This document shows, one piece after another, positions 50,487-60,244 of a stretch of 64,000 nucleotides of DNA (position 1 is the stretch's first letter; each line of letters starts with the position of its first letter). The stretch lies in the NCBI GenBank assembly GCA_965206595.1, contig OZ242214.1:4384001-4448000 (forward strand), given 5' to 3'. The translations under genes were made by a program, and so were the position numbers. The stretch comes from Candidatus Latescibacterota bacterium. GTDB lineage: Bacteria > Latescibacterota > UBA2968 > UBA8231. The notes below the pieces were generated by a model. That model did no database searches. It worked only from the letters and a program-made list of their open reading frames with translations, and was not told where the DNA came from.

Positions 50487-52048
50487 TCTTCTCCTGTAAC
50501 CTTGGGTGATACGTCCAGTGTGCCTTTTGCCCCGCGTTCTTTGTTGCCAAGCATGCGCTGGAAGTCAACGAGGTCGCGGCAGATGTAGTTGTCGGCTTCG
50601 AGGCGTGCGCGTTGTTCTGCGGAGAACTTAGGGGAAAAAAGCGCTAGTTCCCGATGCCACTTGTGGAAGCGGCTACCGACAGTGGACAGGAAGCGATCCA
50701 CATGTTCGTGGAATGCGCGAAGTGACTTTGAGTCGTGTTTGGCGGGATTCCGCTTGCAGGATCCGAAGCGTATGCGTTGATCTTCCTCGTTCCAAGCGAT
50801 GAAATCGATCTCCACCGACATCCGGGCTTGCTGCGGCCTGTTCCAGTAGCCTCGAACGCGGTCCGTCAGCGGAAAATCCGCATTGTCGGCGCGGGACTCT
50901 GCCTCGCTCGCGTCCCGTACCATCCGCTCAAAGGCATGCCCCTCAAGCGTACTGAGCCGTGTGGAAATGCGCTTGGCTACTTGGGCCGCAGGCGCGATTC
51001 GCGCAGCTTGGCAGGCGGGCTGAATCACGTTGAGCCATGCACAGAGGAACGGATCGGAAACGACGTAGCGTGCGCGGCGCTGTCGCTCCTCTGCGAACAT
51101 GGGATGCTGTTTTTCGATGAGCCGCAGATCTTGCGTCAGAGTTTTCAAGTAGGGGCCCAAAGAACGCTCCGGTAAGGCCTCCTGCAAATCCGCGTGTGTG
51201 CAAGGCCCCCGCTCCGCCAAAGTGCGCAGGATGGCGACATAGTTGCGGCGCAACTCACGCCCAAGTAGGCTTTCGCCCTCCTCGCGCAAGGGTGAATCCG
51301 AGCGCAGGAAGAGCCTCTCGCACACTTCCTGTGTCCACGATTCCCATGTCGGAATGGTGTTTAGGCCGTCCGTTTCTGCAAAGTGCCGCCAGTACTTGGG
51401 TACGCCGCCAAAGAGGGTCCATAAGGTCAAGCAGCGCGTCGGGTGGCTTGCGCCGTGATCGTGGCACACTTCAAAGATCGTTTGGAGATCCCATGGATCG
51501 AGCCGGAGGTCGAACGTCGTGCGTCCAAAAAGAGGTGCCTGTCGGTCGTTGAGCAGTGCTTCCATCTCGGCTTGGACGGAGCCGAGGACGATTAGGCCGC
51601 CCACCATGCTCCGGTCCTGAAGGCGGTCAACTTGGGCCTGAAGCAACGAGGGGAAACCGCGCAGTGGCCCACGGTGGCAGAGCTGGAATTCGTCGAGGAC
51701 CACTATCGTTCCCACTGAGCATAGCGAGCCTATAGCAGCAGCCACCCTGGGCAGATCCCTAATCGCGCTCGATCCGTTGAGATGGCGTTCCAGTGCCGCT
51801 TCCCGCACTGCGCTGCGGAATACCGCCGCTAGGTCTTCGGGGCTGCTGTCAGGCAATTGGACCAGCAGCACCGGGGTGCCGTTCGGCTCGTCTTCTGCGA
51901 GCGTCTTCAGTGCTTGCTGAACAAGAGCGGTCTTTCCGATCCGGCGGCGTCCCCGGATGGCGCCGAAGAACCAGCGTTGCCGGCGCATTTCCTCCAGAAG
52001 GTTGCCCAGCTCGTCCCTGCGTCCGTAGAATGTCCAGTCACTATCCAT
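50483..52048 (-). CDS. Archaeal-type ATPase (ATPase_2) plus wHTH plus DUF234-like PD-(D/E)XK domain
   Basis: FYGRRDEL, GRRRIGKT, VVLDEFQ, FGGVPKY, DPFL and EIDFIA...FGSCK. Confidence 0.88.
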   Translation of the reverse strand: MDSDWTFYGRRDELGNLLEEMRRQRWFFGAIRGRRRIGKTALVQQALKTLAEDEPNGTPVLLVQLPDSSPEDLAAVFRSAVREAALERHLNGSSAIRDLPRVAAAIGSLCSVGTIVVLDEFQLCHRGPLRGFPSLLQAQVDRLQDRSMVGGLIVLGSVQAEMEALLNDRQAPLFGRTTFDLRLDPWDLQTIFEVCHDHGASHPTRCLTLWTLFGGVPKYWRHFAETDGLNTIPTWESWTQEVCERLFLRSDSPLREEGESLLGRELRRNYVAILRTLAERGPCTHADLQEALPERSLGPYLKTLTQDLRLIEKQHPMFAEERQRRARYVVSDPFLCAWLNVIQPACQAARIAPAAQVAKRISTRLSTLEGHAFERMVRDASEAESRADNADFPLTDRVRGYWNRPQQARMSVEIDFIAWNEEDQRIRFGSCKRNPAKHDSKSLRAFHEHVDRFLSTVGSRFHKWHRELALFSPKFSAEQRARLEADNYICRDLVDFQRMLGNKERGAKGTLDVSPKVTGEE

Positions 52049-52099
52049 ACGAATAAGGTAAATTTTTTTCTAAATGCGGAAAGACGGATCCGGGCATAT

Positions 52100-55000
52100 A
52101 TGATCACCAGACGCAATTCCCTTGGCGCGGTCGGATTGGTGGGCGCACTGCTCTCCCAGTTGGGGGCTTTCACCTATCACTGGGAGATTGACGAGACCCC
52201 GCAGGGCTCCGACAGGACAACCCGGGTTGAACCTCTTCGGGTCCTGCTGGCCGACCAACTTCTCCAGATCGCTCCTCACAGCGCTTCCCTACAGCTGATG
52301 CAGAAGTATTCGGTGCACCTCGGGGAGGAGTGGAGCTCCGGGCACGCCTACCGCCTGCTGCGCACTTTCGAGTCCATCCCGCAGGAATTCAACGATCCTG
52401 AGCAGAAGCCCCGGATATCCCCTTCGGTCTGGAAGCTGACTCACGAGCACGTCCAGGATGACATCGCCGTGGATGTTCAGGATGGGCAGCGGATGGTCAC
52501 GATTGCCCAGGAGGCGTTCGTCCACTCCGAGCCCCTGCTAGCGGAGATCGAAGGGGTGCGGGGTCGGTTCTTCTCCAAGAGGCTTCACGAAGCGGTCGTC
52601 CGGTTCGTCACCGACGGCGGCGCCGCTCGGGGCGCTTTGAAGCGGATTCTTCAGGAGCGCTACGGCGTGAGCCTGGATGTGCCCGATTACGCGGAGCTGA
52701 CCCGGCCTACCACGGGGGAGACGGCAAGCCGGTTCTCTGAGTTCAAGAACGAAGAACTGATGTTCCTGGTCAGCATGTTCGAGGAATACCCTGAGGGTAT
52801 GCGGCTGACTCCCGGACTGCGGTACCTGGTCCGCCGGCTGGATGGCCTCCCCCACCCTCTCTATCCGGAAGCCCCGGCGGTGGCGTGGACGACCGCCGGC
52901 TACATCGAGTTCATGGAATCCGCCTTCCAAGGGCAGGGCCCGGCTTTCATTCACCGGTTGATCCTCCACGAGAAGGCGCATTTCCTCTGGGAGCATTTGT
53001 TTGACGATCAGCTCAAGCAGGACTGGATCGAGTTGGGGGGGTGGTATGAAAACCCCGACGATGGCCACGGCTGGTCGACAAGCAAGCAGCTGGAGTTTGT
53101 ATCCGCCTATGCCCACGGGAAAAACCCCGACGAAGATCTGGCGGAAAGCATCAGCTACTACATCGTCACACCCGACAAACTGCGCTCGAGGTCGCCAGCC
53201 AAGTACGAATTCATCCAGAACCGGATCATGCACGGCGTCCGGTACATCTCGCAGATCCGGGAAGATTTGACCTTTCAGGTCTACAACCTTTATCCGGATT
53301 TCGTCTATCCGGGCCGGATCGTCCGGGTTGACATACAGGTGGACGGCGAGCCCGAAGAGGACAAGCAAATCACGGTCGAATTGGAAATCCACCGATCGGG
53401 AGACCGGGACAGTGCCCAGGCATCCTGGCTTAGGATATTCAGCCCCAAAGGGACCTATTTCGAAATCTGGGTGAACCCGGTCGACGAAAACGGCCATTGG
53501 ACCGAATCAGGACATATCCTGCGCGGGAAGACCGAGCTGTCCCGGTACGCCGCCCATGGGTACTGGGCACCGGATCAGATAACCCTCCCCGACGCCCAAG
53601 GGAATGAACGACACGAATCCCAGACGGACTTCGGCTGGAAACTGTACGTCGACAATCCCCTGGCCGACGACGAGCCTCCCGTGTACGTCAAAGATTCCGC
53701 CCGCCTTTCTCTGGCGCAGGCCATGGAAGCCGGCCGCTCCTATCAGGTCATAACCGCCAAGTGGGAATACTTCGAAGAAAGCGGCATGCAGGTAGTCTGG
53801 GCAACCCTGAATGACAACGAACCCGAAACCTATTCCCGAGGGGTTGAGGCGGAAACCCAAAATCCGGGAACCGGCGGGGCGAGCGTAGACATTCCCATCC
53901 CCGACTACTTTCCCAGCGGCAGGTACTGGCTGAACCGCATCAGCATGCAGGATGTCGCGCGGAACTGGCGTAGGGTTTACTTCACCGCGCCGAGATATCA
54001 CTTGCGCCCGGAGTCGGAGGTCATCGACGAAGCCCCACAGACCATCGAAGTGGAGACCACAATCCCCGACATCACGCCCCCCGAACTGGATGTGAACCGC
54101 ATCACCGTTCAGGCCGAACCGACCCGCCCGGAAAATCCCGATGGGGAAACTCGAGTGGATATTATGTTCCGGATCCGGGACAACATCAGCGGCTATAACA
54201 GGTCGTCTCTGTATCTGCGCGACCCACAGGGCGTCGAGCACCATTTCTATCACCACCATCGGGATTTCCACAGGATCTACTTTCGGGGAGACCCCACGGT
54301 CTGGGAGACCAACAAGAGGACCATAACCCTGCCGGTCGGCAGCCTCCCTGGTATCTGGGGACTTGCCCAGATGACGGTGGAGGACAAGGCACAGAACATC
54401 CTCCGGTCGGATTTCACGGAGACTATCCGGTTCGAAGTCGTCGACCCCGACAGCCAAGTCACGGCCTTCGCCATCCCCCAAGCGCTCCAGAAGGTATCGG
54501 GGGACGAACAGTCCGGACCCGCAGGAGAAGCCTTACCCGCCCCCTTCGTGGTCTCCGTCCTCGACCAGAACATGGGAGCATACCCGGACGCCCCGGTGAC
54601 CTTCGAGATTACCGGTGGCCAGGGGAGCCTGTCTGTGGAAACAACTGCTACGGACTCCACCGGGCAGGCTGCTACCATCTTGACCCTGGACCGGAAGCCA
54701 GGCACTAACACTGTCGAAGTCATCGTGGCGGGCCTGCTCCCCGTAACCTTCAGTGCTCGCGGGATAGGCATCCCTCAGACCATCACAAAGGTCTCCGGAC
54801 TCGATCAGGAAGAACCGGCCGGGGGCTCGTTGGCCCATCCGTTTGTGGTTCTGGTGCAGGATCAGTACGGGAATTCCCTGGCCGGCGTCACCGTCACCTT
54901 CGTGGTTTCTTCCGGGGGAGGAACGATCTCTGCTGAAACCGCCACTACCGATTCGGCCGGCCGTGCTGCCACCACCCTGACCCTGGGCGGCGATCCCGGG

Positions 55001-55888
55001 AGAAATACCGTAGTCGCAAGGGTCGCCGAGTTGAAGCCGGTGATCTTCAGCGCCACCGGACTGGCGATTCCCACCACCCTTTCCCGGATCTCCGGCGACG
55101 AGCAGCAGGGAACGGCGGGAATGGCGCTGCCCGGGCCCTTCGTTGCCGAAGTGAAAGATCAGAACGACAATCCGCTCGAAGGGGCCCAGGTCACCTTCGC
55201 GGTCACGGCAGGCGGGGGGACGCTGTCCGAAACCACCACCATCACCGGTGCCAACGGCCGCGCCGCCACCACCCTGACCCTGGGGCGCGAACCGGAGACC
55301 GTCACCGTGGTGGCGACCGTGGCCGGCCTCGATCCCGTGACTTTCACCGCCACTTCCAAGGCCACCTCCGACTTCGACGGGGACGGCGAGACCGGCTTTG
55401 CCGACTTCTTCCTCTTCGCCGACGCCTTCGGGAGCAACGACCTTCGCTTTGATCTGGACGGAAGCGGCACTGTGGATTTCGGCGACTTCTTCCTGTTGGC
55501 CGACTATTTCGGTGAGAAAGCCCGGGCCAAGTTGATGGCCCTTGCGTGGGAACGGATCGGGTTGCCTCGTGAGGTTCAATTGCTCCAGAACACTCCCAAC
55601 CCCTTCAACTCCCAGACGGTTGTCGAGTTTGTCCTTCCGGAACCTGGCAGGGCCCGGCTGGAGGTGTTCGGATTGACAGGTCAGAAGGTGGCGGTCCTGG
55701 CTCGAGGACCGTTCCAGGCAGGCCCTCATCGCATTTACTGGGACGCCCGGGACAGCCACGGTCGTCCCCTGGCCAGCGGGATCTATACGTACAGGCTGTC
55801 GACTGGAAAGAGCGTCTTTGCGAGAAGACTCACTCTGCTGCTCAAAAGGGAGAGGACTATTCCCTCGCCTCGGTGGGGGCGGATTTAA
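52100..55888 (+). CDS. Large secreted protein: zincin peptidase domain, three Big_1-like Ig repeats, EF-hand/dockerin-like motif and FlgD-Ig C-terminal domain
   Basis: Signal peptide from ATG 52100; LILHEKAH...EDLAES; 3 x (K/R)(V/I)SG..Q...G..L..PFV..V.DQ; DFDGDGETGFADF; QNTPNPFN...WDARD...LASGIY. Confidence 0.88.
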   Translation: MITRRNSLGAVGLVGALLSQLGAFTYHWEIDETPQGSDRTTRVEPLRVLLADQLLQIAPHSASLQLMQKYSVHLGEEWSSGHAYRLLRTFESIPQEFNDPEQKPRISPSVWKLTHEHVQDDIAVDVQDGQRMVTIAQEAFVHSEPLLAEIEGVRGRFFSKRLHEAVVRFVTDGGAARGALKRILQERYGVSLDVPDYAELTRPTTGETASRFSEFKNEELMFLVSMFEEYPEGMRLTPGLRYLVRRLDGLPHPLYPEAPAVAWTTAGYIEFMESAFQGQGPAFIHRLILHEKAHFLWEHLFDDQLKQDWIELGGWYENPDDGHGWSTSKQLEFVSAYAHGKNPDEDLAESISYYIVTPDKLRSRSPAKYEFIQNRIMHGVRYISQIREDLTFQVYNLYPDFVYPGRIVRVDIQVDGEPEEDKQITVELEIHRSGDRDSAQASWLRIFSPKGTYFEIWVNPVDENGHWTESGHILRGKTELSRYAAHGYWAPDQITLPDAQGNERHESQTDFGWKLYVDNPLADDEPPVYVKDSARLSLAQAMEAGRSYQVITAKWEYFEESGMQVVWATLNDNEPETYSRGVEAETQNPGTGGASVDIPIPDYFPSGRYWLNRISMQDVARNWRRVYFTAPRYHLRPESEVIDEAPQTIEVETTIPDITPPELDVNRITVQAEPTRPENPDGETRVDIMFRIRDNISGYNRSSLYLRDPQGVEHHFYHHHRDFHRIYFRGDPTVWETNKRTITLPVGSLPGIWGLAQMTVEDKAQNILRSDFTETIRFEVVDPDSQVTAFAIPQALQKVSGDEQSGPAGEALPAPFVVSVLDQNMGAYPDAPVTFEITGGQGSLSVETTATDSTGQAATILTLDRKPGTNTVEVIVAGLLPVTFSARGIGIPQTITKVSGLDQEEPAGGSLAHPFVVLVQDQYGNSLAGVTVTFVVSSGGGTISAETATTDSAGRAATTLTLGGDPGRNTVVARVAELKPVIFSATGLAIPTTLSRISGDEQQGTAGMALPGPFVAEVKDQNDNPLEGAQVTFAVTAGGGTLSETTTITGANGRAATTLTLGREPETVTVVATVAGLDPVTFTATSKATSDFDGDGETGFADFFLFADAFGSNDLRFDLDGSGTVDFGDFFLLADYFGEKARAKLMALAWERIGLPREVQLLQNTPNPFNSQTVVEFVLPEPGRARLEVFGLTGQKVAVLARGPFQAGPHRIYWDARDSHGRPLASGIYTYRLSTGKSVFARRLTLLLKRERTIPSPRWGRI

Positions 55889-55909
55889 CGAGAAAAAAAG
55901 GAATGGACG

Positions 55910-56566
55910 ATGTTGAGATTCCCCGAAGAACTCATGCTGCTCATGCTCGACGACGAGAACGGCAAATTCGCGAGGGTGCCGGACCGGCTGTTGCGCTACG
56001 CCCTCGCCGGCGGGGTGCTGATGGACCTGGCCCTCGAGGACCGTATCGACACCGACTTGGAGAAGCTGATCCTGGTCAGTTCCGAGCCCCTGCAGGACAG
56101 CCTGCTCGACCCGACGCTCGCCGACATCGCCCAGGCCACGGAGACCCACGACGCGCGCTTCTGGGTGGAGCGCACCGCCCGCCTCAGCGCCGAGGCGATT
56201 CGCCACAAGGCGCTCAACCGGCTGGTCGACCGGGGGATTCTCGAATGCCGGGACGACCGCTTCCTGTGGGTCTTCCAGGCTCGCCGCTACCCGGCCATCG
56301 ACGGCACCGCGGAGCGGGAGGTGAAGCTCCGGATCATGGAGATCCTGTTCAGCGACCAGGTTCCCCTGCCGCGCGACGTGGTCATCGTCGGCCTGGTGCA
56401 CGCCTGCGACCTGTTCCGCCAGATACTGTCCGACCGCGAGCTGGCCAACGTCTCCAGCCGCATCGACGAGGTGCGCCAGCTCGACCTGATCGGCCGCGCC
56501 GTGTCGCAGGCCATCGTCGACATCGAGCTCTCCATCGCCCTCGCCGTGCAGACGACGCCCTACTGA
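55910..56566 (+). CDS. GPP34 (Golgi phosphoprotein 3) family protein
   Basis: EELMLLMLDD...ALAGGVLMDLAL..RI...RLVDRGIL...RRYP. Confidence 0.85.
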   Translation: MLRFPEELMLLMLDDENGKFARVPDRLLRYALAGGVLMDLALEDRIDTDLEKLILVSSEPLQDSLLDPTLADIAQATETHDARFWVERTARLSAEAIRHKALNRLVDRGILECRDDRFLWVFQARRYPAIDGTAEREVKLRIMEILFSDQVPLPRDVVIVGLVHACDLFRQILSDRELANVSSRIDEVRQLDLIGRAVSQAIVDIELSIALAVQTTPY

Positions 56567-56660
56567 TCGAGTACCCCGACGCCGAGGCGAACCGGCACCT
56601 GAACTCTGTCCCCCGGACGCGCGCCCTGGCGCCAGGATTCACGCCAGACAGGGAGACCGG

Positions 56661-57401
56661 ATGAAACCCCAACTGCTCGAGAACAGAAACGCCGTCGTCA
56701 CCGGAGCGGCCCAGGGGATCGGCTATGCCATCGCCCGCCGTTTCGTCGCCGAGGGCGCGCGCGTTGCCATCCTCGACATCGACCTGGAGAAGGCGGAGCA
56801 GGCCGCCGAGGAGCTCGGCGCATCCGCCTTCCGCGCCGACGTCGCCGATGCCGCTTCCGTCGAAAGCGCCTTCGCCGGGGTCGTCGCCCGTTTCGCCAGC
56901 CTCGACATCCTCGTGAACAACGCCGGGATCGTCGGCAGCGACACCTCGGTCCGGGATCTCGACGAGGCGGACTGGAACCGCGTCCTCGACGTCAATCTCA
57001 AGGGGACCTTCCTCTGCTCGCAGGCGGCCGTGCGCCACATGATCCCGCGGCAGTCGGGAGCCATCGTGTCGATGGCGTCGATCTCCGGCAAGGAGGGGAA
57101 CGCCAACATGGCCCCCTACTCCGTGTCGAAGGCCGGTGTGATCTGCTTCACGAAAACCCTGGCGAAGGAGGTGCTCGCCGACGGCATCCGCGTCAACTGC
57201 GTCGCCCCGGCGCTGATCGACACGCCGATCCTCCGGGAGATGGAGCCGGAACGGGTCGACTTCCTGACCTCGAAGATCCCCTTGGGCAGGCTGGGCAGGC
57301 CGGAGGAAGTGGCGGCGACGATTCTCTTCCTCGCCTCCGACGAGTCGACCTTCGCCACCGGCCAGTGCTTCGACGCCAGCGGCGGCAGGGCGACCTACTG
57401 A
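56661..57401 (+). CDS. SDR oxidoreductase (FabG-like)
   Basis: TGAAQGIG, NNAG and YSVSK. Confidence 0.95.
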   Translation: MKPQLLENRNAVVTGAAQGIGYAIARRFVAEGARVAILDIDLEKAEQAAEELGASAFRADVADAASVESAFAGVVARFASLDILVNNAGIVGSDTSVRDLDEADWNRVLDVNLKGTFLCSQAAVRHMIPRQSGAIVSMASISGKEGNANMAPYSVSKAGVICFTKTLAKEVLADGIRVNCVAPALIDTPILREMEPERVDFLTSKIPLGRLGRPEEVAATILFLASDESTFATGQCFDASGGRATY

Positions 57402-58342
57402 TGGGCTCGAAAGAAGCGGGTTGTCCGGCCGGGCTGAGAGCCGCCCTCGACTGCCCGGTGCCCTCGCTGCGTACGCCGTTCACCGAAGCGGGAGAAATCG
57501 ACTTCGACGGGGTACGCGCCCAGGTGGAGTTCGCCGTCGCCGCCAGGGCGGGGACGGTGATGGTGACCTGGGGAGACAGCCAGTACTCGGTGCTGACCGA
57601 CGAGCAGATCGCCGAGCTGGTGAGGGTCGTCGTCGAGCAGAGCCGCGGGCGCGCCAGGGTCATCGCCGCCGACAACTCCTGGGCGACCCCGAAGGCGGCC
57701 GCCTTCGCCGAGTACTGCAAGGGTATCGGCGCCGACCTTCTCATGCTCCTGCCCCCGGACTGGGCCGCGTCGACGACCACGGACACCCTGGTCGAGCATT
57801 TCAACGCCGTCGGACAACACATGCCGACGATGATCGTGACCGCGTTCTTCACCCACATGGGCCAGCGCCCCCCGGGCCGCCAGCTCGAGGTGGTGCGGGA
57901 GCTGTACGAACGCTGCCCCAACCTCGTCGCCGTCAAGGACGACGTGCTCGGCGAGGCCGGCAACCGCATGTGCATGCTCGTCCACGACCGCTGGGCGGTG
58001 GTCTCGGGCGGGTGGATGTCCAACCACACCCTCCAGGTTCCCTACGGCGTCGACGGCTACCTCTGCCCGATCATGAGCTTCCGCCCGGACATCGCCTGGA
58101 AATACTTCGACGCCGTCAAGGCCGAACGCTTCCCGGAAGCCTGGCGCGTCGTCCGCGAAATCGAGTGGCCGCTGCGGGACCTGATGGGGAGCTTCGGGGT
58201 CAGCCTCAACCCGGTCTGGCACGGCATGTCCGAGCTGTTCGGCATCAGCGGCCGGCACCTGCCGCTGCCGTACTACACGCTCACCGAGGCGCAGATGGAG
58301 AGGCTGGAGCAGGGCCTGAGGGACCTCGACTTCCTGCGCTGA
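57401..58342 (+). CDS. Dihydrodipicolinate synthase/NAL family protein
   Basis: TPFTEAGEIDF and PNLVAVK. Confidence 0.85.
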   Translation: MGSKEAGCPAGLRAALDCPVPSLRTPFTEAGEIDFDGVRAQVEFAVAARAGTVMVTWGDSQYSVLTDEQIAELVRVVVEQSRGRARVIAADNSWATPKAAAFAEYCKGIGADLLMLLPPDWAASTTTDTLVEHFNAVGQHMPTMIVTAFFTHMGQRPPGRQLEVVRELYERCPNLVAVKDDVLGEAGNRMCMLVHDRWAVVSGGWMSNHTLQVPYGVDGYLCPIMSFRPDIAWKYFDAVKAERFPEAWRVVREIEWPLRDLMGSFGVSLNPVWHGMSELFGISGRHLPLPYYTLTEAQMERLEQGLRDLDFLR

Positions 58343-58467
58343 GCCGGCGGCGCTTCAGCGGCAGCGGAACACCACCCCGAGAATTCCGTCCGGCTCTCCG
58401 ACGATGCGCTCGACCTCCTTCTCCACTTCCTTCTCGTCCCTATATCCGAAAACTGAAAAGGAAATCA

Positions 58468-59211
58468 ATGAAACTGGGTGAAATGACCTGGCCGGAAGTC
58501 GCGGCCCTCGACAAAAGCAACCTGGTGGCCGTCTACCCGATCGCCGCCTTCGAGCAGCACGGGCCCCACCTGCCGTTCCTCACCGACACCATGGAGACCG
58601 ACGAGGTGGTCGCGCGCCTCGAGCGGCAGCTGCCCGGGGACGTCGTCTGCCTGCCGACGCAGTGGTTGGGATACTCCTTCCACCACATGCGCTTCGCCGG
58701 CAGCATAACGGCGACCGCGGACACCCACGTCAACCTCATCGCCGAAACCGTCGGCTGCCTGATCGAGGCCGGCTTCGGCAGGGTGCTGATCGTCAACGGC
58801 CACGGCGGCAACCAGCCGGACATGGCCGTCGCCCTGCAGAAGGTGAAGGAGCGCTACCCGGAATCGCGCGTCTTCGCGGTGTCGCACTGGAAGGCGGCCG
58901 AGCCCCTCCTCGACGAGATCCGCGAGGCCGGCCCTCACGGCTGGGGGCATGCCGGCGAGATGGAGACGTCGCTTATGCTGTCGATCCGGCCGGATCTCGT
59001 CAAAGGGGAGCTGCCCACCCGCGACGGCACTCATCCCGAATCGGAGTACAAGGACCGGGTGTCGCAGTTCCTGCGCATGGACGAGATGACGGAGCAGGGG
59101 ATCTACGGGGACCCCACCTTCGGCTCGGCGGAGAAGGGGGAGCGCATGTTCGAGGCGATCGCCGGCTGCCTCGCCGACATCGTCCGCGACCTTCAGAGCG
59201 GCAAGTTCTGA
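58468..59211 (+). CDS. Creatininase/mycofactocin-peptidase family protein
   Basis: EQHGPHLP..TD, NGHGGN and HAGEMETS. Confidence 0.92.
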   Translation: MKLGEMTWPEVAALDKSNLVAVYPIAAFEQHGPHLPFLTDTMETDEVVARLERQLPGDVVCLPTQWLGYSFHHMRFAGSITATADTHVNLIAETVGCLIEAGFGRVLIVNGHGGNQPDMAVALQKVKERYPESRVFAVSHWKAAEPLLDEIREAGPHGWGHAGEMETSLMLSIRPDLVKGELPTRDGTHPESEYKDRVSQFLRMDEMTEQGIYGDPTFGSAEKGERMFEAIAGCLADIVRDLQSGKF

Positions 59212-59226
59212 CGCCGGCGGGACAAC

Positions 59227-60150
59227 TCAGCGGCCGCCTAGCCAGCAGGCGTCCCGCACCAGGGTCTCGACCTCGCTCTTGACCGCGTCCGGCAGCTCGG
59301 AGCCGTCCCCGTTCATGCCGCCCGCGAGCCCGACCAGCTCCTGCAGCTGCTTGATGACCAGGGCGATGTACGACTTGTCGCGCTGGCGGACCTGCTCGAT
59401 GCGGACCATCGTCCAGTAGGTGTCGTCCGCTTCGAAACTGCTGTCGGCGAGGCGCCTCAGCAGATCGAGCGGCTTGTCCGGGAAGGCGTTTCCGATCCCC
59501 GTCGACATGCCCCGCGCCGCCCCGACCGCCGCGTACGCCGGCATCCACCACCCGGCTGTGCCGCACAGCCAGGCGGTGCGCTCGTGCCCGAGGCGGGCAA
59601 CCATTTCGGCGTACTCCAGCAGCAGGCCGTTGTTCGCCAGCTTCACCCCCGGCACTTCGCAGACGTCCATCAGCCGCTCCAGGGTGGAGACCTTCATCGG
59701 GTGCTCGGGCCGCGGGTAGAGCATCGGCCCGATCCCGTGGTCGGTCAGGATCCCCATGACCTTGCTGAAATAGGCGAACTGTTCCTCCGCATCGCCGGTG
59801 GCAGGGGGCATCATCATCGCGAAGGAGATGTCGAGATCGGCAAGGGCGGGGGCCAGCTGTCTGACCCGCTCGACGGTGCGGCCGAGCCCGGTTCCCAGGC
59901 AGGGATTCTCCGTTGTGCCGCGGACCGCCGCGGCGACCGCGGTCAGCAGCTCGACCTGCTGCTCCGGCGACAGCCGGTCGTGCTCGCCGACGCCGCCGGC
60001 GTACACGGCCGCGGTGATGCCGTTGGCGAACAGGAACTCGGCGTTCCTCGCGTTCGCTTCCGGATCGAGCACTCCGGGCCGCTTCCAGATGGTGGTGGGT
60101 ACGGCGACCGCGTTTCCTGTCAGCACAGCGCGGGTATCGGCGACATTCAT
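59227..60150 (-). CDS. Dihydrodipicolinate synthase family protein
   Basis: GGVGEHDRLS, MLY and GVKLA. Confidence 0.8.
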   Translation of the reverse strand: MNVADTRAVLTGNAVAVPTTIWKRPGVLDPEANARNAEFLFANGITAAVYAGGVGEHDRLSPEQQVELLTAVAAAVRGTTENPCLGTGLGRTVERVRQLAPALADLDISFAMMMPPATGDAEEQFAYFSKVMGILTDHGIGPMLYPRPEHPMKVSTLERLMDVCEVPGVKLANNGLLLEYAEMVARLGHERTAWLCGTAGWWMPAYAAVGAARGMSTGIGNAFPDKPLDLLRRLADSSFEADDTYWTMVRIEQVRQRDKSYIALVIKQLQELVGLAGGMNGDGSELPDAVKSEVETLVRDACWLGGR

Positions 60151-60244
60151 GGTTCCACTCCTGATTCCGTTCGTTTGTTTGGTTGCGGAAAGCTGAGGAT
60201 CACCCCGGACCCTGCCCCGGTCAAGGCCGGCCAACGGGCCCGCC

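Noticed and set aside
51857-52099. N-terminal extension of the 1343-aa ORF
   Set aside because: Overlaps the opposite-strand ATPase; the signal peptide starts at ATG 52100.
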